From Eledone cirrhosa (lineage: Eukaryota): DNA of 64,000 bases. Below are positions 30,850 through 45,771 of the stretch, piece by piece; the stretch's first letter is position 1; each line of letters starts with the position of its first letter. Position numbers and translations under genes: made by a program. Under the pieces are notes generated by a model. That model saw only the letters and a list, made by a program, of their open reading frames with translations, did not search any database and was not told the origin of the DNA. Where the stretch lies: NCBI GenBank assembly GCA_964016885.1, contig OZ024742.1, forward strand, positions 85,002,001 through 85,066,000. Direction: 5' to 3'.

Positions 30850-33800
30850 GTGGTGGGCTGCAGATGGGTAAAAAGAAAAATCCCCTGTGAGTGAAGGACC
30901 CCAAACTGTTTTTACGGTATATTGCTAAAAGAGCGACACTTTGAAATAAAACTTGTGGTTGATGTGATTACTGGTCATCTGTCTTCGGCTTGTCTCCAGG
31001 CAATAATCACTGAAACATAGAGAATGGTGCTCGTATAGTACAGGGGTCTGCTACTATAATCCAATGATGTACAGATGTCTCTTTTGTTTTCTTCTCATCT
31101 GTCATTTTTACTCCTGAAAGTCCTATGGCGATGTAGGAGTGGCGACGCGTGAAGACCTGACCAGTTGGAAGCATATAGATGCAAATCTACACATAGGTGG
31201 CAGTGTTCTTATCATAACATCCTTGTGTCTTCCTGTGACAGGGGTTAACTCCGGTTGAAACGCCCGTGTCTGAATAGCTCTATCAGGGAGAGTACTGCTC
31301 ACCCAAATTTTTGGGAAGGTGATAGAAAAGGTGCATTGAAAATTGCCTGTTCGGTTGTTTACTGCGGCTATCAGCGGTTCATTCAAGCAAGAAAATAAAA
31401 ATGTGAATCTCAAAGCAAAACATTTATGAAAGATCGAATAAAACTCAATATTTCCTGATGGAATATTTGAAACGTTCTAGCGCAAAAATTGTCACAGCGA
31501 CAAGAAAGGAGAACTGCACTGGTATAAAAGGAACTCCAAATATACAATATAGATATTGCAGCCTTGTCAGAAACATGTCTATCAGAGTGTGATCAGCGGA
31601 CTGAAGCATCATCAGGATTCATATTTTTCTGGACAGGGAAACGAAAAGGTGAACGCCGAGATGGTGATGTAGGATGTACAGTGCGAGAAACTCTAGCACA
31701 ACATTTACAGTGTCCCTCTAGAATCAGTGACCGTATAATGAAGTTGCGCATTCCACTTGCATGTGAGCGATTTGCATCAATTTTGTCACTTTATGTTCTA
31801 ATTCTCCAAACAGTGAAGAAAGTATTAGGACATTCTATGAATACATTCGTGTTACAATTGCATCTACTCCAGTCGAAGAAAAAGAGATCATTCTTGGTTA
31901 TTTCAATGCTCGAGAGCATGAGACATGGGATGTACTAGGCCATTACGGTAAAATGAATGCCAGAGGTTTGAAGCTGTTTGAACTCTGTTGTAACTCAACC
32001 TAACGATTTGCAATACATTCTACTGCCAAGAGAAGAAGCATAAAGTCATCTGGATACACGCAAGGTCAAAATATAGCGCTTGATAGACTTCATAGTAACT
32101 CGAAGATGCGACCTGAATGATGTATGTAATGTGCACGTCATGCATAGTACAGAATGCAACACAGGCCTTAAGATGGTCCGGGGGAAGTTTAAGTTACGTA
32201 TTTGGAAAAGATTTCATATATGTGGGATCAAAACAATGACGCGTATTGATGTTGGTACGTGAGGCTTTGATAAACGTTTAAACAATATTGACATCGATGG
32301 AACGTGAATACATTTTAGGGATCAGTTGTATACAGCAGGAGCAGAAGAACGTGGAGTCAGGGTGAAAACAAGCAACAAAAAGACTGGTTTGATGATAATA
32401 ATTTGGTTATCAATTAACCCATAAGTTTCAAAGAGGAGACTGCCATTATCAAGGAATCAGAGAAAAGCATTAAACCTTGGTAAGAACATTTTACTGATTT
32501 ATTTGATAATCCATCATCAGTTGTTCATGATGTGCTAGATGGGATCCCCCAATGTGTTGTAAATTTAAAAAGGATCGATTACCAAATTATAATGCGGTGA
32601 CAATGACCATCAACCAGATAAATACGGGTAAGCCACCTGGATAAGATGGAATCACAGTGGAATTGTTAAGGGTTGGTAATAAGAATGTAACACAAACAAT
32701 ATTCCATCTTACCACAGAATGCTGAGTTGAAGCTCTTACACCACAAGATTGGATAGATGGTATCTTTGTGACCTTATTTAAAGGTAAAGGGGTAAAGGAA
32801 TTTCCGATCACTACCGTGGCGTCACTCTGTTGGAGTCTGTGGGCAAAGTTCTTGCTAGATTATTCTTGAACAGGTTGATGAAAGTCATTTGTCCTACAGT
32901 AATCTCCGAATCACAAAATAACTTTAGATCTGGAGGAGGGACAACGGAGTTAATATTCTCTGCAAGGCAGATTTAGGAGAAATGTATTGAGCAGCGGGTT
33001 CAACTGTATCAGGTTTTTGTTGATCTGAAAAAAGCTTTTGATACGGTGAACAGTGGTACATTGTGGAAATTATTAGAAAAAATAGGGTGCTCACCAAATT
33101 TTATTGATATGTTCGTCCGACTGCACAGAGATATGAAGGCCCGTGTTGTCTTGAATGGAGAATTTTCCAATGAAATCTCAGTTGATTATGGCGTGAAGCA
33201 GTGAGATATCCCAGCTCCCTCACTGTTTTCAATAGTTTTTGCTGTGATGCTGACTCATGCATTCCAGGATTGTGCAAAGAGTGTTCAATTGCAAGTTAGA
33301 ATTACAGGAAGGACTTTGACCTAAGAAGGTTCAATTTCAAATCCAAGGTGTTCCAAATATTAATTAGAGAAAGCCTGTATGCAGGTGATATTGACTTTCT
33401 TGCTCACTCTCAATACCACATACAACACATTTTGATTGTTTTGCAGCCTTTTGTAATGCCTTTGGCATGAAGGTTAATCTAAAAAAGACCAAGGTAATGT
33501 TTACTCCATCACCAGGGAAAGCATATATTGAGCCAAATATATAGGTGCATGGAACTAGGTTGGGTGTAGATTTTTACTTTCGTTTACCTGGGTAGTGTAT
33601 TATCAAGGGATGGTTCACTGGATACAGGAATACACGTGCACATTCAGAAGGCCTCTGTAGCCTTCGAAAAACGTGAAAAGAGAGTGTGGCTGGATCATAG
33701 TATCATTATGAAGACCGGGATTAGTGTGTACAAGGCCTGGATTCTGAGTGCTCTGTTTTAATCTTCGGAAACCTGGACAGTACATCGTTGACACCTAATT

Positions 33801-34470
33801 TGCTTGAACATTTTAATCAAACGTGTTTAAGACGAATCCAAAACATCAAACGGCAACGAAAAATACCTGACACACTACAAATCCTCATATATGCTGGTTG
33901 CACGAGCAATGAATCTACCATCATATGCTCTCAAATGCGTTGGGTATGTCATGTTGTGCGCATGAATGAGGAAAGCCCCCGAAACAACTTTTTGACACTC
34001 AATGGCAACTGGGAAACGCCCTCGCACAAAGAGAGAAAGGGATATATGGATTGCATAAACAAAACCCTTAAAGATCTACGGTTTGAAGTTCAGAACAGGT
34101 AAGTACTTGCTTTAAAGAGGGTTAAATGGAGAGGACATTTGAAAGGAGGCTGCATAATGTTTGAATAGAAAAGTCTTGACCATAAAAAAACAAACCATCC
34201 AATGCTAGGTTAGACAACAGGTGTGGTGTTCCAAAAGATCTGCAAATGTATCTCTGAAAAGTAATATAACGGTATAGTAGGATGACATCCCACAAACTGA
34301 CCCAATCAATCCAATAGAGGGCACACCTACTTTCTGTCACATTTGCTGCAGACCGTGCAAATCTAATGCTGGAGTTAAAAGCCAACTAAGAGGCCATGAA
34401 CGGACGTCTGAAGTTGTTGAGGGTTGATGGGTTTGCATAAGGAGACGGCAATCATCTGCAAAGATGAAGC
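30850..34470 (+). mobile_element. Decayed RTE-1/BovB-like LINE
   Basis: IAALSET, GFIFFWTGK...RRDGDVG, ISDRIMKLRIPL, LIDFIVTRR, GKPPG.DGI, FVDLKKAFDTVN, GVKQ*D, YAGDI, MRWVCHVVRM, and a C-terminal CHICCRPC zinc finger; many stops. The 5' boundary is approximate. Confidence 0.88.
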
Positions 34471-35189
34471 AATCACCGTGTGTATGTGTACCTTATGTAT
34501 TGTGTATGTGAATGTGTGTGTGTGTGGATGTGAGTGTATAAATTAGACCAATGGCTACTTTTTGATTATATAAATTTCTAGACTGAGTTCAGGCGCCGCG
34601 TCATTATAAGTCATGTATCCACACTAGGCAATAATTTGTATTTCCATTTGAAATCACCATTCGAAATGGTCTTAGCTCACCACTACATTTTTGATAAACC
34701 TCATATAACTTCGCACACTCAGATACATATATACCCACGTATTCAAACTTCACACACTCGTTCTTAGTTGTCACAAACACAGATCCATATAACATTTGTC
34801 TCATACAGAAAAAATACCAGACACTTAAATATACACACTTAGTCATTCAACAACCTCATTCAGATACATCTGATATCCTTCTGCTCAAATATAAAAATGA
34901 ACAATCGTCTGTCCCACTTCAGATTTAACTTCTTATACATATGCTCACATATCTACACACATAAATGCGCTGATTCATCATACACGGTTAAAACTATGTT
35001 CATCACGAATTGCATACACCATTTAATTTCACTAGCTCCAAATCATAATGAAGTAAAAAGCCAAAATAGCTTTTAACAGAGAAAGTGACACAATCAGCAC
35101 TATAAAACACATATGAGCACCCTAAACATTGTCAACAATATGTATATATTGTGGGAATGTGTGTATGTATGTGATTGTGTGTGTGTGTG

Positions 35190-35255
<66 letters not shown>

Positions 35256-37149
35256 TGTGTGTGTGAGTGTGTGTGTGTGTGCGTGTGTATGGAAAGTTGT
35301 CTTAGATTTACATACTTCATGTACTTATGTGCATTATATGTGTGCGAGTGTACTTGTTCGTGTGCATGTGTTGCCTGTTGGAGAGGTCGGTGAATTGTCG
35401 TCATAGTTGTGGTGGCGTATTAACACTTTCACATCGACACGAATTAAACCTATCTTGCCGGAAGGGAGGGTGTCTCAGAGTCTCCTTTCCTGGATGCTTT
35501 TTGCGCAACTTTTGAATTTTTGAAAGGAAGCAAATTTTACTCTGAAATATCATGATTTTCTTCAAATTTATCTTATTAAATTCTCACATAACAGATTTTG
35601 TAAAACATTTCCCGGTTGCTACGGAAACGACAGCAATTTAACAGTTGTTATAAGATTATAATAGATTTTGATTTTTCTTTCATTATACAGTTCTTGTGGT
35701 TACCATGGCACAGTGTTTTTAATCTATGCTGCAAAATATTTGACATTGCATTGTTGATGATTTATTATTAGCAAACTCGACGAACAGAAGGCATATGACA
35801 ATATCAATATGTAGTACCTATATCACTGAAACGTTTCATGGTCATACCATCGATGGTCCTGAAAACAATTTGAAAAATATAAAAGTACTACATCTGAGTA
35901 GAACTGCTAACGTCATCAGATAAGTGATGACGTCAGCTCCATGTTTGAATTTTGAAATGTTAGCCTATCAATCATTAGTGGTTCAGGAATAAAGCAGGTA
36001 GGGTCTAATATCGTTATCAAGGATTACGTAACCTTTACAATTCCCAGTTACAGCTCTTAAATATACAATTCCCAATTATAGCTCTTAAATATCGTGGACA
36101 CATCACTGACCATTTCATTAATACGCTCATGTTCATATATAAAATAGAAAACATCGGCTGGAACGGCTGATTTGCATATACTGCTAACGTTGCTGTTTAT
36201 TGTTAATTGGTAGTAGCTGCAAGGAAGTGTTTAAGCATAATAAGCAACACTATATGTATTGTATATAAACATATAGTATGTACTTTCCTATACACGCTGT
36301 CTTAGTGCTAGCAAGTGCATGGAATATATTGAAAAACATAGATTAGAAACAACTGGGGAAAGCAACGACAACATTTTCAGTCGTTTAAATTTATTGTAAT
36401 ATCTATGTACAGAAAGATCTTGTTGATAGTTTGTATAATTTTCAATTAAATATTGCAGCTGTAATCTTGAAATGTTTTAAAGACAAGTAGCAGGACTTCT
36501 ACTCTCTGAGGCTGATAGTTGTCTATATTAAAAGAAATGGTGTCTGAACATGCCTAGGCAGTTTCCTCAAGGCCCCCAGATGGGCATCTATATGACTTAT
36601 TCATGATAACATATATTTGAACGCTATATAGTCGATTCAGGACAAAAATAATCTTTGTTTATTAACATCATTCAGTGTTCGATGACATTTCCGTTTATCT
36701 CTAATTTCGATAAAACATCAGTAAAATATAGTATATTTTTCCATGGCATTTATTCAGCTGAACTTTAGTTTGTATCTATCCCTATCATTCGGCATTAATA
36801 TTGCAAGTTCATCGTGTAATTTAAAGCTTGTCGCTGTAAACAAGATGTAGCTTCACAAATTATTATATAGTGTTTTCCAATCTCGACATTATCACCCACT
36901 GGTGGAAGATTTGAACTGTTGTGTACGCGTTGCGTAACTGAATAGGAAATGTTGGGTGATTGGAAATCTTCCTGGATTCTGAATATTGAGTATCTATTTC
37001 AACATATGCTATCTGAAACAATATTCACAAGAGGTATGCAAATAATCTGTATACTAAAACAAACAAATAAATGGGATAAAGGAAAATCAAGAACAACTTT
37101 GTGAGAAAAGTAAAAAATGAGCTCCGGATAATTCACCAATGCGGCCCGC

Positions 37150-38700
37150 GTTGAATGATGATACATAAAATTAATCATACGCAATATTGTTGCCTGCGCC
37201 TTTGACTGGGCCCCTGATATGGTCGGTAGATTCAGAGGATTATTTTCTTTCTTAAATCTTGATCTTTCGCATGCAGTTTTAACATGTTACTGCGTAGCTA
37301 ACCAGAAGTATTTAATGACGACAAATAACAACTGCAGGCTTAGTGACGTAATAAAATCAAGTATTATGTCTGAACAAGCTAAAATGTTTTTTTCTATAAG
37401 AACTTTTCCATGTGAAAGTGCGCGATGGCGCAAAGAATGTTGGGAGTCCCTGCGCTAGACAATTATCTGAATATGCCTCCTCTCTATAACTGATAACATT
37501 TTAATGAAGTTTGTGTGTGATATTGTTATGGTATTCTCTTGTTTCTGCTTTTGAGTTTTAATTGTTATTTTAAATGACTCTTACTGTTCGACTCACGAAT
37601 AAATCTATGCAAATCCAATTTTTCCAATGAACGCTTGAGATGTATTTTCCATTTCAAATCAATCTTTAACGAAAAGCCTACATTCTTTATGGAATTCTAA
37701 AGCATTGAAAGCTGGTTCATTCAGTATACCTCTACACATTGGTAATTAAACAGGTCAGATTTTAGAAATGAACCTGATGCGTCATAGATTGATAAAAACG
37801 TTGACAATGTTTGTTTAACAATTCAGTTTCAGGTGTTAGAGCTATGCATAATATCTTTTCCTCGTTATTAATGATGTTCGATGAAATGCATAAGTTGATA
37901 TTATATGCAAACGTTGTAATTTCATATAGTGATGTATACAAATCTGCTGTGTGAAATACAAGGTGAAGGAGTGAGATTGGAGAGCACTCTGGGAGCCCAT
38001 TTCGAAGGTAAATGATTTGGCTCGTCTCATTTCCAAGAATCTGTCTACTTTTAGGATTAGTCAGAATAGTGAGAACGCTTTCAATCCAGCTGCAGAGATA
38101 TTTGGGAATTTCAAGATGATATCAGTTTTTAAATAGAGTGTCTACGCTATAATAAGTTCCCTTTACATCTATTGAGAAGAATGTGGTTGATTCTGTTTTT
38201 TCGATAGTTTTCTGTTTCTGATATACGTGGTTCTTTCATATTAACGATTCGGTTTTCTATTTAGTCGAAATCGGAATTCAGGTTTGGGTAAATTGTCTAT
38301 GTCTCTTCTAAGAAGTATGACCAATTATCCAAATGTTTTAATAGCGTTTAAGGTAGAGCAGTAGGAGGATATGATCGAATACAAACATATTAGCCTTTAT
38401 TTGATTAAGTAATCTTATGCCTGGTTGTCGTTGAAATATAAATATGCGACACATATGTTTAGGACTATTTCTTTTATCACACTTCCTGTATCATTGATTG
38501 TTAAATTGGGGAATCCATCGAGGCCTGTGAACGATTTATATTTCAAATCACATTTAAAGCAGGAAGATCATCAAGAGGAACGTAAATATTTCAATTGAGA
38601 ATGTAAGATTCTTTGTAGGTAATATTAGATTTTGTAAATAAAAAATTGCCAAAAACGATTCTGCTCATAACGGATAAAATCTTGTTGGGGGATTGTTGGG
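37150..38700 (-). mobile_element. Very old I/Jockey-group LINE RT remnant
   Basis: Minus-strand translation: TGLDGFP, SYPPTAL, LPKPEFRFR, IPKYLCSWIESVL, LRNGLPECSPISLLHLVFHTADL, TTFAYNI (degenerate GLPQGS / FADD). Confidence 0.6.
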
Positions 38701-38736
38701 CCTGAAATTGTTCTACTATGGTGATCATGTATTAGT

Positions 38737-38852
38737 TAATTGTTTCTACTTTAGGCACAAGGCCAGCAAATTACCCAGTGCATTACTGGTACTTTATTTT
38801 ATCGACCCCGTAAGGATGAAAGGCAAAGTCAACCTCGGCGGGATTTGAACTC
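38737..38852 (-). mobile_element. tRNA-derived SINE, 5'-truncated
   Basis: Same B box and core as 3437-3625. Confidence 0.8.
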
Positions 38853-39199
38853 ATTTGATCATGTATTAATTAATAGCTCTTGATTTGTTTTGGGGAATTT
38901 CATTTGATTATTGACGTGTATATGCTCCATATTTCGCGTATCGATTTCCATGTTAGACATGCTAGAAAATAACTTTTTCTTGCATGATTTATGTGCAATT
39001 TAAGTTATTTTAAAAATATGTTATACGTTTCACAATTGGAAACTATTGTAGGTTATTTTCATATTTGTAAAGACTGTGCAATTTCTCTTCGTAGTTGTTT
39101 TAATTCTTCGCCCAATCATGCCTTATTTTGTTACAATTTCAGCGTGACGTCACCTTCTCCATCTTTCTATCAAATACACTTTATCTCTCTAAACATATG

Positions 39200-39713
39200 A
39201 CGTTCGTTTTCTCTCTCTACCGATGTACGCCACATTCTCTTTGCGCTCCCCTTCTCTCTACCTAGATGAGAGTGAGGTCATCTCCTCCCTCTTCCTGTTA
39301 AATACACACACACACACACATCCTCTCTCTTTAAACGAATAACGTTCCATTCTCTATTCATGTACATCGCTTGGCGCTCTTGTTCTGTCTACTGAGATGA
39401 GGTCGACATCATAATTTCCTGTCTATGTACTTCTTTGAAACACGTCGAGAACACAAGACATTTCCTTTTCTCTCTCTACCTATGTACATATCTCTCGCTT
39501 AGAGCCCCCTCTCTCTATATAGATGATGAAGATGTCATAACTTCATGTCTATCTAATTGTTTCTGTCAACTAGAAAATACACAGTGCCCCCTTTTCTCTA
39601 TCTATCTATTAACATCCTCTCGCTTGCCCTCTCACTATATACAAATGAGCGTGCCGGACGGAGGGACGGACGGACCAACAGACAGACAAATCTCTTGATA
39701 TAATATAAAATAG
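39200..39713. mobile_element. Possible Helitron/Helentron-associated non-autonomous element
   Basis: Degenerate internal repeats (tctctctacc.atgtac, tagatgag..gtcat) ending in ggacggacggaccaacagacagac...tataatataaaatag, a style seen at DINE/HINE ends. Weak. Confidence 0.3.
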
Positions 39714-39956
39714 TATTCGGAGTGAGATACCCATTTAATGGTCTTATTTCCAGTTTTCTCTAATGGAAGACCATTAATGTTATATTGTTGAGGTTATGTC
39801 ATCAACATGTCTGTATGTAGGTCAGTCCTGTATGCAAAATATTTTGTGTACATGCATCTAAGATCTATTCTCCTTCATTTATATAATTTTTGTTTTATGT
39901 TAGCAATCCAAAAAGGATTGTTTGCCTTAAAATTCCTAAAAATGAATGAGAAGGAA

Positions 39957-40038
<82 letters not shown>

Positions 40039-40042
<4 letters not shown>

Positions 40043-42893
40043 ATAATAATAAATTTGAAGACTAAAATCCAAAGAGGGCTCGATAAGGATAAATATAAGA
40101 ACCGTAGAGCAAATAGTTATTAAAATAACAGATAAAAGTGTAAGCAAAGAATCGCTGCTTTCATCCTTAACGGGATCTTGGTTCGTGGAAACGTTCCTTG
40201 GCAAAGAACGGGAAAAAAAACGAATATAATACATCATTATTTGGAGCGGTGAAAACCAATTACACGTAAAGACAAAACCACGTTTATGGTATAAAAGAGG
40301 TCGTAGACTAATATTCTATTAGGTGGTTCATAGAGACATTCTCTGGCGATGAACGGAAAAAACGAAGATAATACGTCATATGTGGAGCGGGAGAACAATT
40401 GCACGCAAAGACAAAACCACGTAAATATTATAACTGAAGTCGGAGACTAAAATTCTAACTAGGAAACCGAAAGACTCTCGGCTTCAGAGTTAAGAATAAA
40501 GTAAATAAAATACAGAGGTAAATGAAATTAAATAAATACATACACGCAACCATATACATACATACATAAGCATACGCGAAAGCACTCGCCATAGGTATAC
40601 AAATACACGCACGTACGCAAAAAAACCCGCACACACTTACAGAACCCACGCAACGCCTGTACCCGCACGCATACGAATGTATGCATATACACACACCCTA
40701 TATACGTCCTAACCCGCATACTCACATAGAGGCAAAACTCACGTATACACAAAACCAAAAGTATATGTACCAGAATATATAAAATATACTCCATAACATA
40801 TACAATAAAATATAGGTACGAGAAAGTATACGTACCTTCACAAAACATACAGGTAATATATACAAACCTATACAAATAAGTAATGGTATAAACATAACAT
40901 ATACTTAGCTACCACATCAAGACGTAAAATATCCGCGTTTAGTTCGTATTATCCGTTAGTGTATAATGCGGGGCTGTATTACAGGAACGTTTTGAGCAAT
41001 TTATATTTACAAGCCGAAATTGCCTCAGATTTTTTGTTTAAGATGTGGTCTTTGACGTAGAGTATTCCAGGGTTTCAGTGGCGCAGAGGTCACATTGTCT
41101 TTTATTTCCATTATACGATCTAGCCCTAATTAGGATCTCCAAGGGTAATTTATATTGGGTGTGGTTGTCTTTTAGAGTCCAGATATAAGCTGAAGGTGAC
41201 GCCATATTCCTTCACAAAGGGGAACGAAAAGAATGGGTATGCATGTAAAGGCGCTGCTTGAATTTATTGGCGGTTACCCCTAAGTAGGCCCTACGGGACG
41301 TGGGTGTTTCAACCTTACATTTGTAGACAATGGTACCAGAGAGGCATTTCCCGGATAGGGGGCAGTCAACCCGATTCCTACAATTACAGTTAGTACTAAC
41401 TACAGGGTTGCACGTGTTCCTACGGCTAGGTAGTTTAGCTAAATTTGAAGCTGCGATGTTATGTGCAAGGTTAGGAGTCGTAGAGTAAGAAATTTTAATA
41501 GCATTTCTATTAACATTTTTACTATATTTATGTGTAGGGGGAAAATGCTTCATAATAAGGGAGAGAAAGATCTTAGCGAATGGTGTGGCTATCTCCTTAT
41601 TATATGGTGGGTTATACCATATAAGTCGTCGGGATCTATTTCGTACTCTGTATATGCTACCTTATCGACAAATCCACTCCGAGCAAGAGCTTCATTGTAA
41701 TATGTGGAATTGTCGTTGAAAATATACTCGTAGTAGATATACGGGAAAGCCTCAAAGAAACGTTTCTTACCAGGTTCTTGGTTATGCTGGCAGGATGGTT
41801 AGAATGCTTACTTATGTAAGCGTATCATTCGGCTTTATATACGGGTAATGCAAGCCTATTCGATAAAATGAGGGTGACGTCGATGTAATTAAGACCGAGA
41901 GGTTGCCCTCAACCTGTATGGAGAGGTTGAAGCCTTTAAAGAAGGCTGTGAGTTTTTTTCTGAACCTGTCGCAAGCACGTGGGTCGCACTTAGTTATGGT
42001 CAAAAGACTATCATTACGGTACAAACCACCGCCCACGTTGGGGAATTCTTCGTTGATAGAGAAAAGAAGGAAAAAGGCCGATAATATCAGAAACCTCCGC
42101 AGAATCGCTGACGCCCACACTCACGTCGAATGGGTTTCTATTAGATTTGTTAATCCAAATAGAGTCGTCGAAATTAATCACCAAATTACGGGCATAGAGG
42201 GTGACATTAACTTCGAAATCCTTAACCACTGTGAGTGTTTTAGCGAAATTGATAGCTTTAAGGAGATGTGGTAAAGTGATGGAGGAGTAGTAATTATTGA
42301 TGTCGAATTGGATAACACGGCAATGTTCCTTGTTGCATATGCCGTTGAACCAATCAATCACCGCGAAAGAATTATTCCACGGTGCAAGAGGGGCCAAACT
42401 TCTAATTTTAGGAATAATTCTATCAAGAATCCTTTTACTAAGTCTACCTAAATCGGTTTTCGTAGGGTTAATAAACCGAATAGAGGGGTTGTTCGGAAAA
42501 TTGAATTAGTGCTCCTTCAGGTTAAAGTGGGGAGCAATAGGGTCCAGAGGTTCGTCCGCTCCAGGATGTTGATATCAGTGGTGATTTTAAACCCAGCATC
42601 TTTGATTTCATTAATAACGTTCCGATTTACAAGTTCTATTTTTATCAGGTTGATTAATGCAGGTTTGTTTTGAAGCCTTTAAAGAAGGCTGCGAGTTTTT
42701 TTCTGAACCTGTCGCAAGCACGTGGGTCGCACTTAGTCATGGTCAAAAGAATATCATTACGGTACAAACCAGAGGTTCGGTCCGCTCCAGGATGTTGATA
42801 TCAGTGGTGATTTTAAACCCAGCATCGTTGATTTCATTAATAACGTTCCGATTTACAAATTCTATTTTTATCAGGTTGATTAACGCAGGTTAG
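40039..42893 (-). mobile_element. Decayed Nematis/Hydra-like PLE with 3'UTR and duplicated pieces at the 5' end
   Basis: WNNSFAVIDWF, IQFDINNYYSSIT, FDVSVGVSDSAEVSDIIGLF, GGLYRND, CNCRNRVDCPLSGKCL..IVYKC, YLGVTANKFKQR..HTHSF; 42670-42890 repeats ~41930-42025 and ~42545-42665. Confidence 0.88.
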
Positions 42894-44186
42894 TTTTATT
42901 TGCGATATTAATTTTAAAATTGACAGAAAATTCTTCTAGACTGCCGTCCCCAAAATGTTTATTTGTAAGTTTAAATATCTCCATTTCCATAATCACTGTA
43001 GACGTTTGCACTAAAGTTCCCTAAAATGTGTTGAAATTATTAATAGATATAATTATAATCTACATTATAGAGATTTAATTAATTATGCATCGACTGAATC
43101 GTTTGATGTTGTTGAGAGTTGCTTTCCCCGTGACAAGTGTTTAAGCTTAATAAATTAACAGACCCATCTGCTCATGAAATAGTTTCAGCATTCGATATGC
43201 AAGGATACATTTAACATAGTTCTCATGGAGATACAGTATGACGCTTTATCATCAGAAATATGACTTGACTCATAGATACGACTCAAATTTGTGGCCACAC
43301 TAATGTTAACACACTAATAAAATCACATACAGTAGGGGTGAATAAAAGAAGCAATTATATACATGACGTCTATAGATGATGTTGCCAAATATAAACTTTC
43401 AAGAAAATCAAATTTTATAAGCATATTAAAACCTGATAAGTTGACATAAAATAATTTGTGTAAAGGTAAACATTGATTGGCAGAAGGACAACAATGACAT
43501 CAATATATAAACTAATCTTTAATGCTTACCGAATGATAAATCAGTAATCAGATTATATTTCTTTGAATGTTACAATAATCACGTAGGTATAGAAGTCAAT
43601 TGAATTAATCCTAGTATTCGGTCAAATATATATTTCTGATATTGCTATAAAATAATTAATGTTATAGTAATTTAGTTCGTTGCAAGTCACGTTTTACATA
43701 ATAGGAAGTAGGATACTGATTCTGCTTTCATTTAGGTTTCCCGATGCGTTCATTGATTGTTTGCTATTGTATATGTGTCACATGAGCAACAATTGAATAT
43801 AGATCAACGGTCACACGTAATTGTGGAACATGCAATTGTAAAGAGTGATTATGTGACAGCTTATCAAGGTCTTCGTATAATTTACAGCGTCATATTGACA
43901 AATCATATTAGATAGATAGTAATAATTAAATAAAATTGCATCTTTAAATTCGAAATATGACTTTGTAGAACTTGCAACAAAACTGATCTCATTTAAGCTA
44001 AAGAAAAAATCGGAAACGAATCGCTCAACACTTATTCGGAAATCGATTTCTCTTCATTTTATATACAAACATTCCCACACATACACACATACTCGCATAC
44101 ACACATGTACACCCACACATACACGCATGTACACACACATAGACATACAAACACATACGCACACACATACGCACAGACACACACAG

Positions 44187-44521
44187 GATATTCTCCACGA
44201 CGTTATCTTTTATAAACATCACATGTGAAAGTGTACATACATAGCCACACGCACATGCAAACATACTTAGCCACACACACATGCAAACATACATAGCCAC
44301 ACACACTCAGTCAGATATACACACACATAAACATACAAACACATATGCACACAGACAAACACACATACATATATGTGTGTGTGTGTGTATATCTGACTGA
44401 GTGTGTGTGGCTATGTATGTTTGCATGTGTGTGTGGCTAAGTATGTTTGCATGTGCGTGTGGCTATGTATGTACACTTTCACATGTGATGTTTATAAAAG
44501 ATAACGTCGTCGAGAATATCC
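44187..44521. repeat. Near-perfect local inverted duplication, ~140-bp arms
   Basis: 44187-44327 is the reverse complement of ~44381-44521 with about one mismatch; ~50-bp CA/TA spacer. Confidence 0.9.
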
Positions 44522-44850
44522 TTTGCTACAAATACACTTTAACTTCACTGGATACGTGTTCGTGACGTAATGTAATACACTAACATACTTTAATCCTCTA
44601 AATGTCTCAGCAGTTTCCATATTATCTTTTAGTAAAACGACGAAAGAAATATTTTGTGTTCAGGATTTTGTCCCAATGTTTTAATTATATTTGAAGAAAA
44701 TATAGAATTCTATATGAAACATTTCATTTACACGTTAAAAGAATTATATCTAGAAATATCTAAAAAACATAGAAGTCTCTAATCTTCAATATTGATATGT
44801 GCTTTTATTATTTTTATCCCTAAAATACAAGAAATGTATATATATATATA

Positions 44851-45556
44851 TAAACGGAAAAAATGAAACGAAATTTCATTTCCCACTCTTAGTACGGCTG
44901 TTACTTAAACATAAGTATGTACACGTACATACATATATGTATACAGACGTACAGTAGTATGTATATATATATACATACATGCACACATATATATATATGT
45001 ACGTATCGATTCACCGAACATTTATTATAATGCTCGGTGTGTTTGTAAACAAACATCCCGTATTAAGCCGTAGTGTCCAGCAACCATCGTTGCTCGTTTG
45101 TTCAACACTGACAAAGGAACGCTGTACTAGTTTCACGCTTATTAGCTATCGTCGGAAACGTATACCTTCCAGCCAGATTGTTGAACGTATATACTTACCT
45201 TATGCATATTAACAGCTCAGAAGCCCAATTAGCGTATCGAGTGGGTTAACCGGCAGGGTGCACCGAAACGATAAACGGAAAAAATGAAACGAAATTTCAT
45301 TTCCCACTCTTAGTACGGCTGTTACTTAAATATAAGTATGTGCACGTACATACATATATGTATACAGACGTAAGGTAGTATGTATATATATATACATACA
45401 TGCATATATATATATATACGTATAGGTTCACCGAACATTTATTATAATGCTCGCTGTGTTTGTAAACAAACCTCCCGTATTAAGCCGTAGTTTCCAGCAA
45501 CCATCTTTGCTCGTTTGTTCAACACTGACAAAGGAACGCTGTACTAGTTTGAAGCT

Positions 45557-45558
<2 letters not shown>
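44851..45558 (-). mobile_element. Non-coding element, 1.7 x 421 bp, with a decayed HHR (45119-45161)
   Basis: taaacggaaaaaatgaaacg at 44851 and 45272; minus strand acgttt-CCGACGA-ta-gct(aata)agc-gt-GAAA-ctag-TA-cagcgt; TA flanks. Confidence 0.7.
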
Positions 45559-45597
<39 letters not shown>

Positions 45598-45771
45598 ATA
45601 TATATTTATATACAAATACACACACCAGCACACACGCACACACACGCACCCCCATACCACCCCCATATATATATATAATGGTTTCTTATTTCGGCAGAAG
45701 TCCAGGAATTTGGGGTCAGGGGTAAGTCGACACCAGTGCCGTAGCTCTAGGCGATACTGCCAATAATATAT

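Noticed and set aside
30786-34477. caatcacc as a TSD of the second RTE
   Set aside because: The motif overlaps the element's own repetitive tail, so the match may be chance.
35420-35960. Possible non-autonomous DNA transposon (ttaac start, gttaccatggca and tgacgtca motifs)
   Set aside because: No matching terminal repeat or target duplication found.
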